Source: Cyanobacteria bacterium P01_A01_bin.123 (GTDB lineage: Bacteria; Cyanobacteriota; Cyanobacteriia; Phormidesmidales; Phormidesmidaceae). From it: a stretch of DNA of 64,000 bases. Position numbers and translations under genes: made by a program. Positions 21,804 to 32,473 of this stretch are shown in pieces (positions within the stretch are counted from its first letter, which is position 1; each line of letters opens with the position of its first letter). The stretch covers positions 1-64,000 of the forward strand of contig JBCBZT010000028.1 of assembly GCA_039815185.1 (NCBI GenBank). Direction: 5' to 3'. The notes under the pieces are model-generated. The model searched no databases and was not told where the DNA came from. It was given only the letters and a program-made list of their open reading frames with translations.

Positions 21804-22289
21804 ATGACAACTGATGTTGTAAAGCCTGCTGGTGATCCGCAAATTGGTAACTTAGAAACGCCAATTAACTCCTCAGGCTTCTCTAAGGCGTTTATTGGTA
21901 ATTTACCCGCCTATCGCAAGGGCCTGTCTCCCCAGAGACGGGGGCTTGAAATTGGTATGGCCCATGGCTATCTACTCTACGGCCCCTTTGCACTGTTGGG
22001 GCCCCTGCGTGACTCTGATGTGCCTGGGTTAGCTGGGTTGCTTGGGGCAGCAGGGTTGGTGATGATTCTCACCGCTTGCTTATCCATTTATTCCGGTGCT
22101 GGTGTCAATGGTGCGGTCACCAAAACCACAACCCCCTTTACGCCGCCCCAAGCCTTCGGTACTGAAGAAGGGTGGAGCGAATTTGCTGGGAGCTTTTTGA
22201 TTGGTGGTATTGGCGGGGTGACCTTTGCATACCTGTTAGCAGCCAATATGCCGCTTTTGGTGAGTGTCGTCACTGGCGGTCACAGCTAA
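21804..22289 (+). CDS. psaL: Photosystem I subunit XI
   Basis: GNLETPINSS, NLPAYRKGLS, GLEIGMAHGY, GPLRDS, GWSEFAGSF. Confidence 0.97.
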   Translation: MTTDVVKPAGDPQIGNLETPINSSGFSKAFIGNLPAYRKGLSPQRRGLEIGMAHGYLLYGPFALLGPLRDSDVPGLAGLLGAAGLVMILTACLSIYSGAGVNGAVTKTTTPFTPPQAFGTEEGWSEFAGSFLIGGIGGVTFAYLLAANMPLLVSVVTGGHS

Positions 22290-22331
22290 TCAAACTAACG
22301 TGTTTAGTTCCTTATTTTTAGCGGAAGCTTC

Positions 22332-22360
22332 AGAGAGTGGTCTAGGCCACTCTCTTTTTT
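22332..22360 (+). terminator. Intrinsic terminator after psaL
   Basis: AGAGAGTGG-TCTAGG-CCACTCTCT followed by a T-run. Confidence 0.8.
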
Positions 22361-22513
22361 ATTTAGGCCCTTTAGCGATTCAGGAAACGCTTAGAAAATC
22401 CTCAGCTTGCATCAACGTTAGCCTCAGCTTGAGCGGTCAATGTATTCATCAAGAAAGCCTCCTCCTATTGCCCATCCTTTTAAGAATCGTTGCGCCTATT
22501 CCCAAAACCGATC

Positions 22514-23200
22514 ATGATGCCGGACGTACACCCCAATCAAGCAAACCCGTCACTGACTCAAACCCTCACCGATCTGTACACAACCACCCAAACTCAGCTG
22601 CCTGAAACTGCGCGGACTGTTTTGGCGCAGAATATTCAAATCTTGACTCACTCTGGCATTGCTCAGCGAACACTCCAGATTGGCGATCGCGTCCCTAATT
22701 TTAGTCTGGCCAACATTCACGGCAATCGTGTTGAGTTGCAAACGCTTTTATCAGCGGGGCCTGTGGTCATTTCGTTTTACCGAGGGACGTGGTGTTCTTA
22801 CTGCAATGCCGAGTTAGCTGCGTTGCAAGATGCTTTACCCGCTATTGAGCAGCTTGGGGCCACCTTGATCGCCATTTCACCCCAACAAACCCGGCATAGC
22901 CGAAAACTGATTATAGAAAGTGGGATTACCTACGAAACGCTGATTGATACTAACAATCAGGTTGCTCGTCAGCTTGGTTTAGTGTTCGAACTGACTACTG
23001 AGGTTGATCAGGTACATCGTGGGTTAGGGATTTCCATCCGCGTTCAAAATGCAACTCGGCGATCAGAGGTACCTATCCCGGCAACCTACATTGTTAGGCC
23101 TGATGGAGAAGCGGTCTTTGCTTTTGTCAATCCAGATTACACAGCGCGTCTTGATCCCGTCGAAATCATTACGGTTTTGCGCCAATTACAGGTCACCTAG
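22514..23200 (+). CDS. Peroxiredoxin-like AhpC/TSA family protein
   Basis: FYRGTWCSYCNAEL, PIPATYIV. Confidence 0.88.
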   Translation: MMPDVHPNQANPSLTQTLTDLYTTTQTQLPETARTVLAQNIQILTHSGIAQRTLQIGDRVPNFSLANIHGNRVELQTLLSAGPVVISFYRGTWCSYCNAELAALQDALPAIEQLGATLIAISPQQTRHSRKLIIESGITYETLIDTNNQVARQLGLVFELTTEVDQVHRGLGISIRVQNATRRSEVPIPATYIVRPDGEAVFAFVNPDYTARLDPVEIITVLRQLQVT

Positions 23201-23214
23201 GAGCGGAGCCTGGC

Positions 23215-24348
23215 TTATCCGTCGTCGCGGCAGAGGAATGGAGTAATAGGAGGAGGATAAAGTCGATCGCCTGTATTCGTGTCGAATAAGAAAAATCGAT
23301 CGGAATTCAACTGGAGTTTGATGCGATCGCCTGGTTTGATAGTGATATCCATTGGCACCATAAACGCTAGGGTTTGGGGTAGGGTGCGATCGCTAGTGGA
23401 AATTTCTCCCCGTACGAGGATTTCTTTGCCCAAGGGTTCAACCACGCTCACCTGTACCTGGAGTCCAGGCGTCTCTGAAGTTGGGGTTAACTGCACCTGC
23501 TCGGGACGGATCCCCAGGTGAATCCGCTGGCCAGCAGTGAGTTTAACGGTTTGAGTAATGGCCGCAGGGCAGGGTAGGGCTTGACCATCAACCACAAAGT
23601 GCGAGTGTTCAAACCGTGCGTCCATTAAATTCATGGGTGGACTGCCCAGAAAAGTAGCCACCATCCGATTGGCAGGATGGGCATAAATCTCTTGGGGAGC
23701 ACCCATTTGCTGCACTGTACCGCCATCCAACACCACAATTTGATCGGCTAAGGTCATCGCTTCGACCTGATCGTGGGTGACATAAAGGGTGGTAATGCCA
23801 AACTGCTGGTGGAGTTGCTTGAGTTCGGTGCGGGTATCGTCTCGTAGTTGGGCGTCGAGGTTCGACAGCGGTTCGTCCAGCAAAAACACTTGGGGCGATC
23901 GCGCGATCGCCCGCCCCAGGGCTACCCGCTGCTGTTGTCCTCCAGACAGTTGGCTGGGTTTGCGCTGCAGCAAGTGGGCAATATCGAGGGAGCGGGCCAC
24001 CGCCTCCACCCGATCGCGAATGGCGGCGGGTGCCGTTTGCCGCAGCCGCAGCCCAAAGGCCAAATTTTGGGCCACTGTCATGTGGGGATAAAGGGCATAG
24101 TTTTGAAATACCATCGCCACGTCGCGCTGCCGAGCAGGCACTTGATTGACCAAGCGATCGCCTATGTAGAGCTTGCCCTCAGTGGCCGTTTCTAGCCCTG
24201 CAATGATTCTCAGCAGCGTAGATTTACCGCACCCTGAAGGCCCAACCAGCACCCAAAATGCCCCATCGGGAACCTTAAAACTGATGTCGGCGATTGCAGT
24301 GGTGTTGCCAAAGCGCCGTGTTATGTTTTCAAGTTGAACCTGAGCCAC
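23215..24348 (-). CDS. Carbohydrate ABC transporter ATP-binding protein (MalK/UgpC-like)
   Basis: GPSGCGKST, VFQNYALYPH, LSGGQQQR, DEPLSNLD. Confidence 0.92.
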   Translation of the reverse strand: MAQVQLENITRRFGNTTAIADISFKVPDGAFWVLVGPSGCGKSTLLRIIAGLETATEGKLYIGDRLVNQVPARQRDVAMVFQNYALYPHMTVAQNLAFGLRLRQTAPAAIRDRVEAVARSLDIAHLLQRKPSQLSGGQQQRVALGRAIARSPQVFLLDEPLSNLDAQLRDDTRTELKQLHQQFGITTLYVTHDQVEAMTLADQIVVLDGGTVQQMGAPQEIYAHPANRMVATFLGSPPMNLMDARFEHSHFVVDGQALPCPAAITQTVKLTAGQRIHLGIRPEQVQLTPTSETPGLQVQVSVVEPLGKEILVRGEISTSDRTLPQTLAFMVPMDITIKPGDRIKLQLNSDRFFLFDTNTGDRLYPPPITPFLCRDDG

Positions 24349-24379
24349 TGTGACCAACTCCCATCGACAACAAACTGAC

Positions 24380-24418
24380 AAAAAGAGAGAGGCTTCACAA
24401 TGAAGTGAAGCCTCCCTC
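24380..24418 (-). terminator. Intrinsic terminator after gap2
   Basis: GAGGCTTCAC / GTGAAGCCTC stem with T-run on the minus strand. Confidence 0.75.
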
Positions 24419-24466
24419 AGTTTCAGCGCTATCGCTCAAGCAGACAACCAATCAAAGTAAATAACA

Positions 24467-25483
24467 TTAAGCAGCCCACTTTTGAGCCACCAGTTCAGCT
24501 AAATCAACCACCCGTTGACTGTAGCCCCACTCATTGTCATACCAAGCCACGACCTTCATCATGTCATCGCCCATCACCATGGTTAGGCTGGAATCCACAG
24601 TGGAGGATTCATCAGTCTTGCGGTAATCGATAGACACAAGGGGTAGCTCAGTGTAGCCTAAAATACCTTTCAAAGAACCTTCGGAAGCTTGCTTCAGTGC
24701 TTCATTGACCTGTTCAGTAATGGTCGGCTTTTCAACTTGCACCACGAGATCCACGATAGATACGTTAGGGGTGGGTACGCGCAGGGCGATACCGTTGAGC
24801 TTGCCTTTGACTTCAGGAATGACCAATGCCACTGCTTCTGCAGCCCCGGTCGAGGTAGGCACAATATTAAGAGCAGCGGCCCGAGCCCGGCGCAGGTCAC
24901 GGTGGCTGGCATCAAGGAGACGTTGGTCGCCCGTGTAGCTATGGGTGGTGGTCATCGTACCTTTGATGATGCCAAAGGTATCGTTGAGCACTTTAACAAT
25001 GGGCGCAAGGCAGTTTGTGGTGCAACTTGCGTTGCTGAGCACTGCATAGCTATCGTGGGTATATTGCTCATGGTTGACCCCCATCACATAAGTGCCTAGG
25101 TTGCCACCCTTACCCGGTGCAGTAATCAAAACCTTTGTCGCCCCGGCTTCAATATGGCGACCGGCCCCTTCAGCACTCCGGAAAACCCCAGTGCACTCAA
25201 TCACCAGATCAATGTCCCAATCTTTCCAAGGAAGGTTGTTAGGATTACGGTCTGAGGTGCATTTAATCGTGTTGCCGTTGACAGTAAGTGTGTCAGAGTC
25301 AGCACTGATATCGGCGTCAAGACGACCCAGCATGGAATCGTACTTCAACAAGTGGGCATTTGTCTTCGGATCAGAAGTGTCATTAATTGCGACGACCTGA
25401 AGTTGACTGTTATCCCGGGTCAGCCAGCACCGTAAAAAGTTACGCCCGATACGCCCGAACCCGTTAATTGCTACTCTAATCAC
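24467..25483 (-). CDS. gap2: NAD(P)-dependent glyceraldehyde-3-phosphate dehydrogenase
   Basis: [41 protein letters not shown]. Confidence 0.95.
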   Translation of the reverse strand: MIRVAINGFGRIGRNFLRCWLTRDNSQLQVVAINDTSDPKTNAHLLKYDSMLGRLDADISADSDTLTVNGNTIKCTSDRNPNNLPWKDWDIDLVIECTGVFRSAEGAGRHIEAGATKVLITAPGKGGNLGTYVMGVNHEQYTHDSYAVLSNASCTTNCLAPIVKVLNDTFGIIKGTMTTTHSYTGDQRLLDASHRDLRRARAAALNIVPTSTGAAEAVALVIPEVKGKLNGIALRVPTPNVSIVDLVVQVEKPTITEQVNEALKQASEGSLKGILGYTELPLVSIDYRKTDESSTVDSSLTMVMGDDMMKVVAWYDNEWGYSQRVVDLAELVAQKWAA

Positions 25484-26280
25484 TGCGCTATACCCTCTGT
25501 CTTAATTCAGTCGGAGTCGTTAATGTAATCGAAATTATCATATCGCAAAGACTGATCATCTTTTAAGTCAGTCTTGTTACCCCTTGAATCCTGTGGCGGT
25601 TCAAAAAAGCGAGGCGTTGGAGCCGAACCTAGGGATGGCAACAGTCTTAGCAGGCAGGACAACCGAGCTAAATGAAGCATATTTGTTAGGGAAGGTCAGC
25701 GTTCGGTGGGTAGATTTCGGGCGGGGCTGAAGTAACATTTATTTTCCCGCCAGCGCAAAATAGGGGTGATCCCGTCGGGTTCTACGGCTGATTTAGGCAT
25801 TTTAAGTAGAATCTCCCAGATTATTTGTTCAAGTCACGGGAGAGCTACTTAGGTCATGCCTAGGTAGCTGAGCGCACTGTAGCGAGTTAACCCAGAGCAT
25901 GAAGCTGGCCAAGATTAAGTTTATGAACAATTAGTGGCGAGATTGAGGTCGAGGCGTTTCTATTAACCCAGATTGCGCTCAAAACAGCGATCGCGTCGGG
26001 GATGTTCCTATACTCTGGTGGTTTTTTTGCTAGAAACTAGGGTGCGAATTGCCGGTTAGCGTGGTGTTGTTCTTGGGTAGACTCCGCAAAACGTCTGGAA
26101 TATTCTCGGCAATTTATGAAGCTAATAGAGGGATCTGTTATAGGCAGAATTAGGGATTGCAGCGATCGCTTAGGGTCGAATCACTACAGTCATGCTGCTG
26201 ATACGTACTATAGCTATTCCGAAGATTCCTGGTATGATATCGCGTGATTGTGGTGTGGTGTGGTGTGTGAGGAAGTAAGA

Positions 26281-27783
26281 ATGCTGAATTCTGTAGATTT
26301 CAGCGGGAGGCCCTTCCATTTCATCGGAATCGGTGGAATTGGAATGTCGGCACTCGCCTATGTGTTAGCAAAACGAAAGTTATCCGTATCGGGCTCTGAT
26401 CTGCGTTTAACGCATATTACCCAGCGGCTCCAAGCCGAAGGAGTGCACGTTTTTTGGCAGCAAGACGGCTCAAATCTTAATTTTTCTGCCTCGAAACAGT
26501 CTGACCCAACATCTGCGCAGACATCAAATGGTGCCAGCAACGCAGCTAATGGTGCCGTTCGGGAACTACCCCAAGTTATTTGCTCTACAGCGATCAATCT
26601 GTCCAATGCCGAATATCGAGCGGCCAAGACCCTGGGGTGTCCCATCTTCCATCGCTCCGATTTGTTAGCGGCATTGATGGCAGATTACAAAGGCATTGCC
26701 GTTGCGGGCACTCACGGTAAAACCACAACCAGTAGCCTGATTGGCTACCTGCTAATGCGGGCAAATCTCGATCCAACCATTGTGATTGGGGGAGAGGTTG
26801 CCGCTTGGCAAGGCAATGCTCGTTTGGGGCAGGGCGACTATTTAGTGGCTGAAGCAGATGAATCCGACGGCTCACTGGCTAAATTGTCTGCTCAGTTTGG
26901 CATCATTACCAATATCGAACTTGACCACCCCGACCACTACAGCACCTTAGACGAAGTGGTCGATATCTTTAAAGCCTTTCAGCGGCAGTGCAAGATCACC
27001 ATTGGTTCGATCGACTGTGCCACGGTGCGGCAAGTGATTAAGCCCGATATCAGCTACAGCCTGAATCTAGAGTCAGCAGCGGACTACATCGCCACCGACC
27101 TAAAGCCCGATCCCATTGGCACGATGGCTACCGTGTGGGAACGAGGTAAGCGGCTTGGAGAACTGCGGTTACCCATGTTGGGCCAGCACAATGTTAGCAA
27201 CGCCTTGGCTGCGATCGCTGTGGGTCGCCAGTTAGATCTACCTTTTGCTCAAATTGCTGATATTCTCAAAGATTTTCAGGGTGCTAGACGTCGATTTGAG
27301 CATCGTGGTTTCCATCAGGGCATCTTATTTGTGGATGACTACGGTCACCATCCCAGTGAAGTTAGGGCTACGCTGTCGGCAGCTCGCCTGAAGGCGCGTC
27401 AAAGCGCCGATAACTTCTCTGAGCGTCGGGTTGTGGCTATCTTTCAGCCCCATCGGTACAGTCGAGCGGCCGCTTTGCTGTCAGACTTTGCCGGTGCCTT
27501 TGGTGATGCCGACCAGGTAATCGTGACAGATATTTATGCGGCTGGAGAGCAAAACACGCATAACATCACGGGGAGTGCAGTGGCCCAAGCGATCGCTGGT
27601 GAACATCCCCAAACTCAATTTTGTGCATCCTTAGATGATGTTAAAACTGCGCTAAGGCACATCCTACGCCCAGGGGATATTGCAATTTTCCTGAGCGCAG
27701 GTAACCTCAATCAGGTGATTCCAGACGTGATGGCCTTCTACCAACAGGTAGATGCCGCCGAACTCGAAACTGTGCATTCCTGA
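26281..27783 (+). CDS. murC: UDP-N-acetylmuramate--L-alanine ligase
   Basis: HFIGIGGIGMS, AGTHGKTTT, EADESDGS, DDYGHHP, FQPHRYSR. Confidence 0.97.
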   Translation: MLNSVDFSGRPFHFIGIGGIGMSALAYVLAKRKLSVSGSDLRLTHITQRLQAEGVHVFWQQDGSNLNFSASKQSDPTSAQTSNGASNAANGAVRELPQVICSTAINLSNAEYRAAKTLGCPIFHRSDLLAALMADYKGIAVAGTHGKTTTSSLIGYLLMRANLDPTIVIGGEVAAWQGNARLGQGDYLVAEADESDGSLAKLSAQFGIITNIELDHPDHYSTLDEVVDIFKAFQRQCKITIGSIDCATVRQVIKPDISYSLNLESAADYIATDLKPDPIGTMATVWERGKRLGELRLPMLGQHNVSNALAAIAVGRQLDLPFAQIADILKDFQGARRRFEHRGFHQGILFVDDYGHHPSEVRATLSAARLKARQSADNFSERRVVAIFQPHRYSRAAALLSDFAGAFGDADQVIVTDIYAAGEQNTHNITGSAVAQAIAGEHPQTQFCASLDDVKTALRHILRPGDIAIFLSAGNLNQVIPDVMAFYQQVDAAELETVHS

Positions 27784-27840
27784 TAGTTGAGGAATAACTA
27801 TCGGATGCTCCCAGCGTCTTTATATTTATGCAGCGTGACC

Positions 27841-28755
27841 ATGGCAAACGTACTTGAAATTAAAACATCTCACTGTCCCGCTCAGTCTCAGGTTTCTTTA
27901 GCGCAGTATACGTCCTTCCGAGTTGGCGGAGCCGCCGAATGGTTCACCACGCCTCGAACCGCCGAAGCCTTGCAAGTCAGCCTTGATTGGGCAAATACTG
28001 AAGGGCTACCCATTACCTTTTTGGGGGCTGGCTCAAATCTCCTAATCAGCGATCGCGGCTTGCCTGGGCTTGTGGTTTGCACCCGTCATTTCCGCAATAT
28101 TCAGTTCAACGACGCGACCGGGCAACTCACCGCCGCCGCCGGAGATTCCCTGGCTAGCCTGGCTTGGAAAGCTGCCAAGCGGGGTTGGCAGGGGTTGGAA
28201 TGGGCCGTCGGCATTCCTGGCACAGTGGGGGGTGCCGTCGTGATGAATGCTGGAGCCCATGGTAGCTGCGCTGGCGATATTTTAGTCAGCACTCAAGTGC
28301 TCAATCCCAATGGTTCTTTTAGCACGCTGAGCCCTAAAGACTTAGACTATCGCTACCGAACTTCTATGCTCCAAGGTAGCGATCGCTTAGTGACCCAAGC
28401 GACTTTCCAACTGCAACCCGGGGCTAATCCCAAACAAGTGATGGCGGCCACTGCTGCGGATCTACATCAGCGGCGTACGACCCAACCTTATGACTTACCC
28501 AGTTGCGGTAGCGTATTTCGTAACCCAACTCCCCACAGTGCAGGCCAACTGATTGAAGCTGCCGGGCTTAAGGGATTCCAAATTGGCAATGCCCAGGTTT
28601 CCAAACGCCACGCCAATTTCATTCTGAATCGAGGCGGGGCAACGGCAACCGACATTTTGCAATTAATCCGTCATGTTCAAGCTACCGTTGAAGAACGCTG
28701 GTCTTTGCCCCTCAATCCAGAGGTGAAAATTTTGGGCGAATTTTGTATCGCCTAG
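27841..28755 (+). CDS. murB: UDP-N-acetylenolpyruvoylglucosamine reductase
   Basis: GAGSNLL, GIPGTVGGAVVMNAG, SCGSVFRNP, HANFI. Confidence 0.96.
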   Translation: MANVLEIKTSHCPAQSQVSLAQYTSFRVGGAAEWFTTPRTAEALQVSLDWANTEGLPITFLGAGSNLLISDRGLPGLVVCTRHFRNIQFNDATGQLTAAAGDSLASLAWKAAKRGWQGLEWAVGIPGTVGGAVVMNAGAHGSCAGDILVSTQVLNPNGSFSTLSPKDLDYRYRTSMLQGSDRLVTQATFQLQPGANPKQVMAATAADLHQRRTTQPYDLPSCGSVFRNPTPHSAGQLIEAAGLKGFQIGNAQVSKRHANFILNRGGATATDILQLIRHVQATVEERWSLPLNPEVKILGEFCIA

Positions 28756-28830
28756 GTTTCATTGACCATCGACGCTAGAATCGGATCGTTTGAATTGTGC
28801 ATATAAACCTCAAATAACGGCTTAGGGACT

Positions 28831-29175
28831 ATGACAAAAGGTCAAGGATTTGGTTTCGGACTCGGCAAAATGAAAGAGCTGGGCGAAGCATTTAAGAAAG
28901 CACAACAGGTTCAAGAAGGGGCTAAAAAGCTCCAAGAAGAGCTTGAGCAAATGGCTGTCGAGGGCCAAGCAGGGGGCGGTTTGGTGAAGGTGATCGTTAG
29001 CGGTAATCAAGAGCCTCGCAATGTGACGATTGCCCCCGACGCCTTAAACGAAGGGGCAGAGGTGCTTTCCGAACTGGTTACGGCTGCCATGAAGGATGCT
29101 TACACCAAGTCCACAGACATCATGCGCGAACGCATGGAAGAGCTCACGGGGGGTCTCAATCTACCTGGTTTGTAG
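28831..29175 (+). CDS. ybaB: YbaB/EbfC nucleoid-associated protein
   Basis: [24 protein letters not shown]. Confidence 0.9.
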   Translation: MTKGQGFGFGLGKMKELGEAFKKAQQVQEGAKKLQEELEQMAVEGQAGGGLVKVIVSGNQEPRNVTIAPDALNEGAEVLSELVTAAMKDAYTKSTDIMRERMEELTGGLNLPGL

Positions 29176-29204
29176 GGCAAGTTTGTCAGGCGGGTTGGTT
29201 GTGT

Positions 29205-29681
29205 ATGGTCAGTAAGCTGCTATTTGTTTGTCTGGGCAATATTTGCCGTTCTCCATCGGCAGAGAACATCATGCGCCATCTGGTTGAGCAACAGCAATTG
29301 ACCGACCAGATTATCTGCGACTCTGCAGGAACATCGAGCTACCACATTGGCAGTTCGCCAGATAGGCGCATGGCCATGGCAGCCAAGCAACAAGGGATTA
29401 CGCTGGTGGGGCGGGCGCGGCAGTTTCAAGCCCAAGATTTGGTTCAATTTGATTGGATTCTGGCAATGGATCGCCAGAACTACCGAGATATTTTAGCCCT
29501 AGACCCCCAAGGCAAGTATCACGATAAGGTCAGGTTGATGTGCGAGTTTTGCCGCCATCATGGTGATGACGAGGTGCCCGATCCTTACTACGGGGGAGTA
29601 GACGGCTTTAATTATGTCATTGAGCTGTTGATAGATGCCTGTGAAGGGTTATTAGAGACAGTCATGGCAGAGGCAAGGTGA
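29205..29681 (+). CDS. Low molecular weight protein-tyrosine phosphatase
   Basis: FVCLGNICRSP, DSAGT, VPDPYYG. Confidence 0.95.
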   Translation: MVSKLLFVCLGNICRSPSAENIMRHLVEQQQLTDQIICDSAGTSSYHIGSSPDRRMAMAAKQQGITLVGRARQFQAQDLVQFDWILAMDRQNYRDILALDPQGKYHDKVRLMCEFCRHHGDDEVPDPYYGGVDGFNYVIELLIDACEGLLETVMAEAR

Positions 29682-29936
29682 TCTTTTCGTGCGGTTTTCG
29701 GTCAGGTTTATTTTAGGTATGATTGGCCTAAACAACTAGGCTCTAACCCATTGCATAGCTTTGCTCAAGAGAGAATTTGAGGCGCTGGGTTAGATCGGTT
29801 TTTATTGCAGTAGCCACAAAGCTTTCTACACTACTGCGAGCCGGATTGCTTGTGTGCCGAGCAACCCAGCGATACTCGGTACATTAAGCAATCTGGCCAG
29901 CCTTATAACTTTGCATTGCCAAGGAGACCGTATCTA

Positions 29937-30311
29937 ATGTCATCTGATCTCAAACTTACGATTAACTTCAATGACCCTGATTTCGATGAAGAAGAACGGG
30001 ACGAAGAAGTTCAGAAGCTATTAAATCAAATGCGCGATCTAGATGAGGTCAACACCGATCGAGTGGTTGATCCGAATCCGCCGGAGGGTAATAAAGCTTT
30101 GGGTGGTTTTTTGGTGGGTATGTTGACGGCTGAAGTGAGTGCAGCGAGTGCCAAAAACTTGTTGGGCTTTCTAGGCGATCGCCTCTCGGGTAAAACTATC
30201 GAACTTGAAGTTGAAGGCAACGGCAAAAAGTTGAAAGTGAGTGCCAGCAGCCGTGCAGAGTTGGAAGCGGCTATTGAGCAAGCCCAGGCTTTTATTGCTA
30301 GTCCGGCATAG
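29937..30311 (+). CDS. Small conserved protein resembling effector-associated constant component EACC1
   Basis: PPEGNKALGGFLVGML and IELEVEGNGKKLKV pattern; AAGGAG RBS upstream. Confidence 0.55.
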   Translation: MSSDLKLTINFNDPDFDEEERDEEVQKLLNQMRDLDEVNTDRVVDPNPPEGNKALGGFLVGMLTAEVSAASAKNLLGFLGDRLSGKTIELEVEGNGKKLKVSASSRAELEAAIEQAQAFIASPA

Positions 30312-30497
30312 TTGGATCAGTATTGGCAGCTACTAGGTTGTAGCTCGCTAAAATGGGGTTGAAGGGAACGCCACACATTTCCCCACATTAATCACTTTAC
30401 AGAAACTTTATGGTGGTTCCCTGCGTCATCCACGCTATCCCAAGTGCAAGGGTTTAGCCGTTGACCTTGGATTAATTGATTTCAATCAGGAGTCCCC

Positions 30498-31079
30498 ATG
30501 CGTTCCCTTCGTCAACCTCTAGAGTTAGTTGGTTTATCGGCTATCTTGCTTTTGACCACCCCTGCGATCGCGACTGCACAGAGCACCCCCGAACTCTTCC
30601 AGCGCAATGCTCAAGCCAATGATTCCACGACGCTCAGTGCTTCAACGAGCAATAGTGAAACCCTCTACCTCGCCCCCAATGAGACCGTGGCTCAGGATCT
30701 GCGTCTTGACACAGCAGCCACGATCAACGGGCGCGATATACCTGCAGGCAGCGTGATTCGAGGCCAGTTTGAACCCGTAAACGGTGGCCTGCGCTATGTG
30801 GCCAATTCGGCAGAGGTGGGCGATCGCATTTATTCCTTCAGTGCTGCCTCTGACACCCTACACGACGTTAAAGATCCTCGGGAAACCTCTACTGGGGCGA
30901 TCCTCGGCGATGCTGCTATTGGTGCAGCGGGCGGAGCCTTGCTGGGCGAAATTTTTGGGAATGCCGACATACTCGAAGTGGTTGGCGGTGCAGCTGCAGG
31001 AGTGGTCGTCGGTAATGTGACGGCTCAGCGGGTTGTCATCGTTGAACCAACTGAAGCCTTGACGTTGCAGATTCCCTAA
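30498..31079 (+). CDS. Secreted hypothetical protein with glycine-zipper C-terminus
   Basis: Signal peptide; GDAAIGAAGGALLG..GGAAAG. Confidence 0.75.
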   Translation: MRSLRQPLELVGLSAILLLTTPAIATAQSTPELFQRNAQANDSTTLSASTSNSETLYLAPNETVAQDLRLDTAATINGRDIPAGSVIRGQFEPVNGGLRYVANSAEVGDRIYSFSAASDTLHDVKDPRETSTGAILGDAAIGAAGGALLGEIFGNADILEVVGGAAAGVVVGNVTAQRVVIVEPTEALTLQIP

Positions 31080-31091
31080 GCATTCATCAGG

Positions 31092-31129
31092 TTGATGTTC
31101 TGCCGCAGATATCTACGGCAGAACATCAA
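31092..31129. terminator. Stem-loop downstream of the 30498 gene
   Basis: TTGATGTTCTGCCG / CGGCAGAACATCAA 14-bp arms. Confidence 0.7.
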
Positions 31130-31204
31130 TCGGCTGGGATATCCCAGGGAAGGTAGACTACCAGCAAAGATTGATAAAGGGTGGTCTTATTCTTGCGGAT
31201 AGCT

Positions 31205-31771
31205 ATGTCGTGGTTTGTTTCAATTTTATTTTTGCCTGCTTTTATCGGCTTACTGATTAGGGTTGGCTTGGCCACATCCCTAGATCAGCGGTTTATTGCC
31301 CTCGGAGCAGTGATGCTCTGTCTCGAACAAAGCCGGATGGCCGCAGTTGACCTGCACCATGTGGCCCAGGCAAAAGTCCAAATCCAAGATCGCCGTCTCG
31401 ATCGCTTTCACTGGGTCACCTTAAGCACAATTGGTATCGAGCTGATTGGCTTTTATGCGGCTGTACGCTGGCTGGGTTGGGGGTCGCTAATCGTGCTTGC
31501 CAGCCAGGTTTGGTTTCACCTGCTGGCTGGGATTGAACTCCAACCTGACATTGACCCGCCATTCCAAATCCGTGGGATCCGCCAGCGGCTGCCTGTGCTG
31601 GCTGCCGATGTGATTGCCTTGGGGTTAATGGGCCTCTGGATCGCTCAGAGCGCTGCTTTGGTTGCCGCAACCCTACTATTTTCAATCACCACCACCTATG
31701 GCTTGGTGAAATATGGCTTGCCTCTATTGCAATCCCCAACGCCATCAGATATTACCGATCAGTCAAGCTAG
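31205..31771 (+). CDS. Hypothetical integral membrane protein
   Basis: Multiple hydrophobic segments. Confidence 0.7.
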   Translation: MSWFVSILFLPAFIGLLIRVGLATSLDQRFIALGAVMLCLEQSRMAAVDLHHVAQAKVQIQDRRLDRFHWVTLSTIGIELIGFYAAVRWLGWGSLIVLASQVWFHLLAGIELQPDIDPPFQIRGIRQRLPVLAADVIALGLMGLWIAQSAALVAATLLFSITTTYGLVKYGLPLLQSPTPSDITDQSS

Positions 31772-31929
31772 GGAAATTACACATTTTTGCGATCGCGATC
31801 GTTGTTTCCGTTAGATCACCGAAGGCATTTTTGAGTCTGAAGCCTGAAGATCGTGCCTGGAACGTTTCTCCTAGACACCTGGTTTGACCCGAGTCTAGGA
31901 CAACAAATTGTCTTCAGGGTGCACTGACG

Positions 31930-32472
31930 ATGAAATCTGGATATTGCAACGCGCGATCGCCCTGGAGCGAGTCGGGATTTACGCTGCTCGAAGCGTTAGT
32001 AGTGGTGATCATGATTGGAATTATGACCGCGATCGCGACACCAGGATTGTTTACCTTTTGGCACATCCGTCAAATCACTGCGGCCCAGCGAGAAACGCTG
32101 CAAGGTATCCGCCTGGCCCAAAAGAATGCCATGCAAAACCGAGAAGAATGGCAATTTAGCATTCGCGAGGTGAACAATCAGGTGAGTTGGGCTGTCCATC
32201 CCCGTAGCGTATCCCCCGCTGACCATCCCGCTTGGCAATCCTTACCGGAGGTTGTTCAGCTAGACGATGAAACGACGCTGGCCACCAGCAGCGGATTTAG
32301 ATATGTGCGCTTTGGCTATTACGGTCAAGTGACTTATCGGCTCAGCAGAGTCACTTTTTCTAGTCGCAATGGCGGTAGTGCCAAGCGCTGCGTTATCGTT
32401 TCAACCCTAATTGGGGCCACACGCTTGGGTAAAAGTCATCGTTATCCCGATGACGGTAAGTACTGCTATTGA
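31930..32472 (+). CDS. Type IV minor pilin (FimT/GspH-like)
   Basis: Class III signal peptide G|FTLLEALVVV; C-terminal Cys pair. Confidence 0.88.
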   Translation: MKSGYCNARSPWSESGFTLLEALVVVIMIGIMTAIATPGLFTFWHIRQITAAQRETLQGIRLAQKNAMQNREEWQFSIREVNNQVSWAVHPRSVSPADHPAWQSLPEVVQLDDETTLATSSGFRYVRFGYYGQVTYRLSRVTFSSRNGGSAKRCVIVSTLIGATRLGKSHRYPDDGKYCY

Positions 32473-32473
32473 T

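Noticed and set aside
25484..26280. Long gap2-murC intergenic region as a hidden gene or ncRNA
   Set aside because: No convincing ORF or recognisable RNA motif; consistent with divergent promoters.
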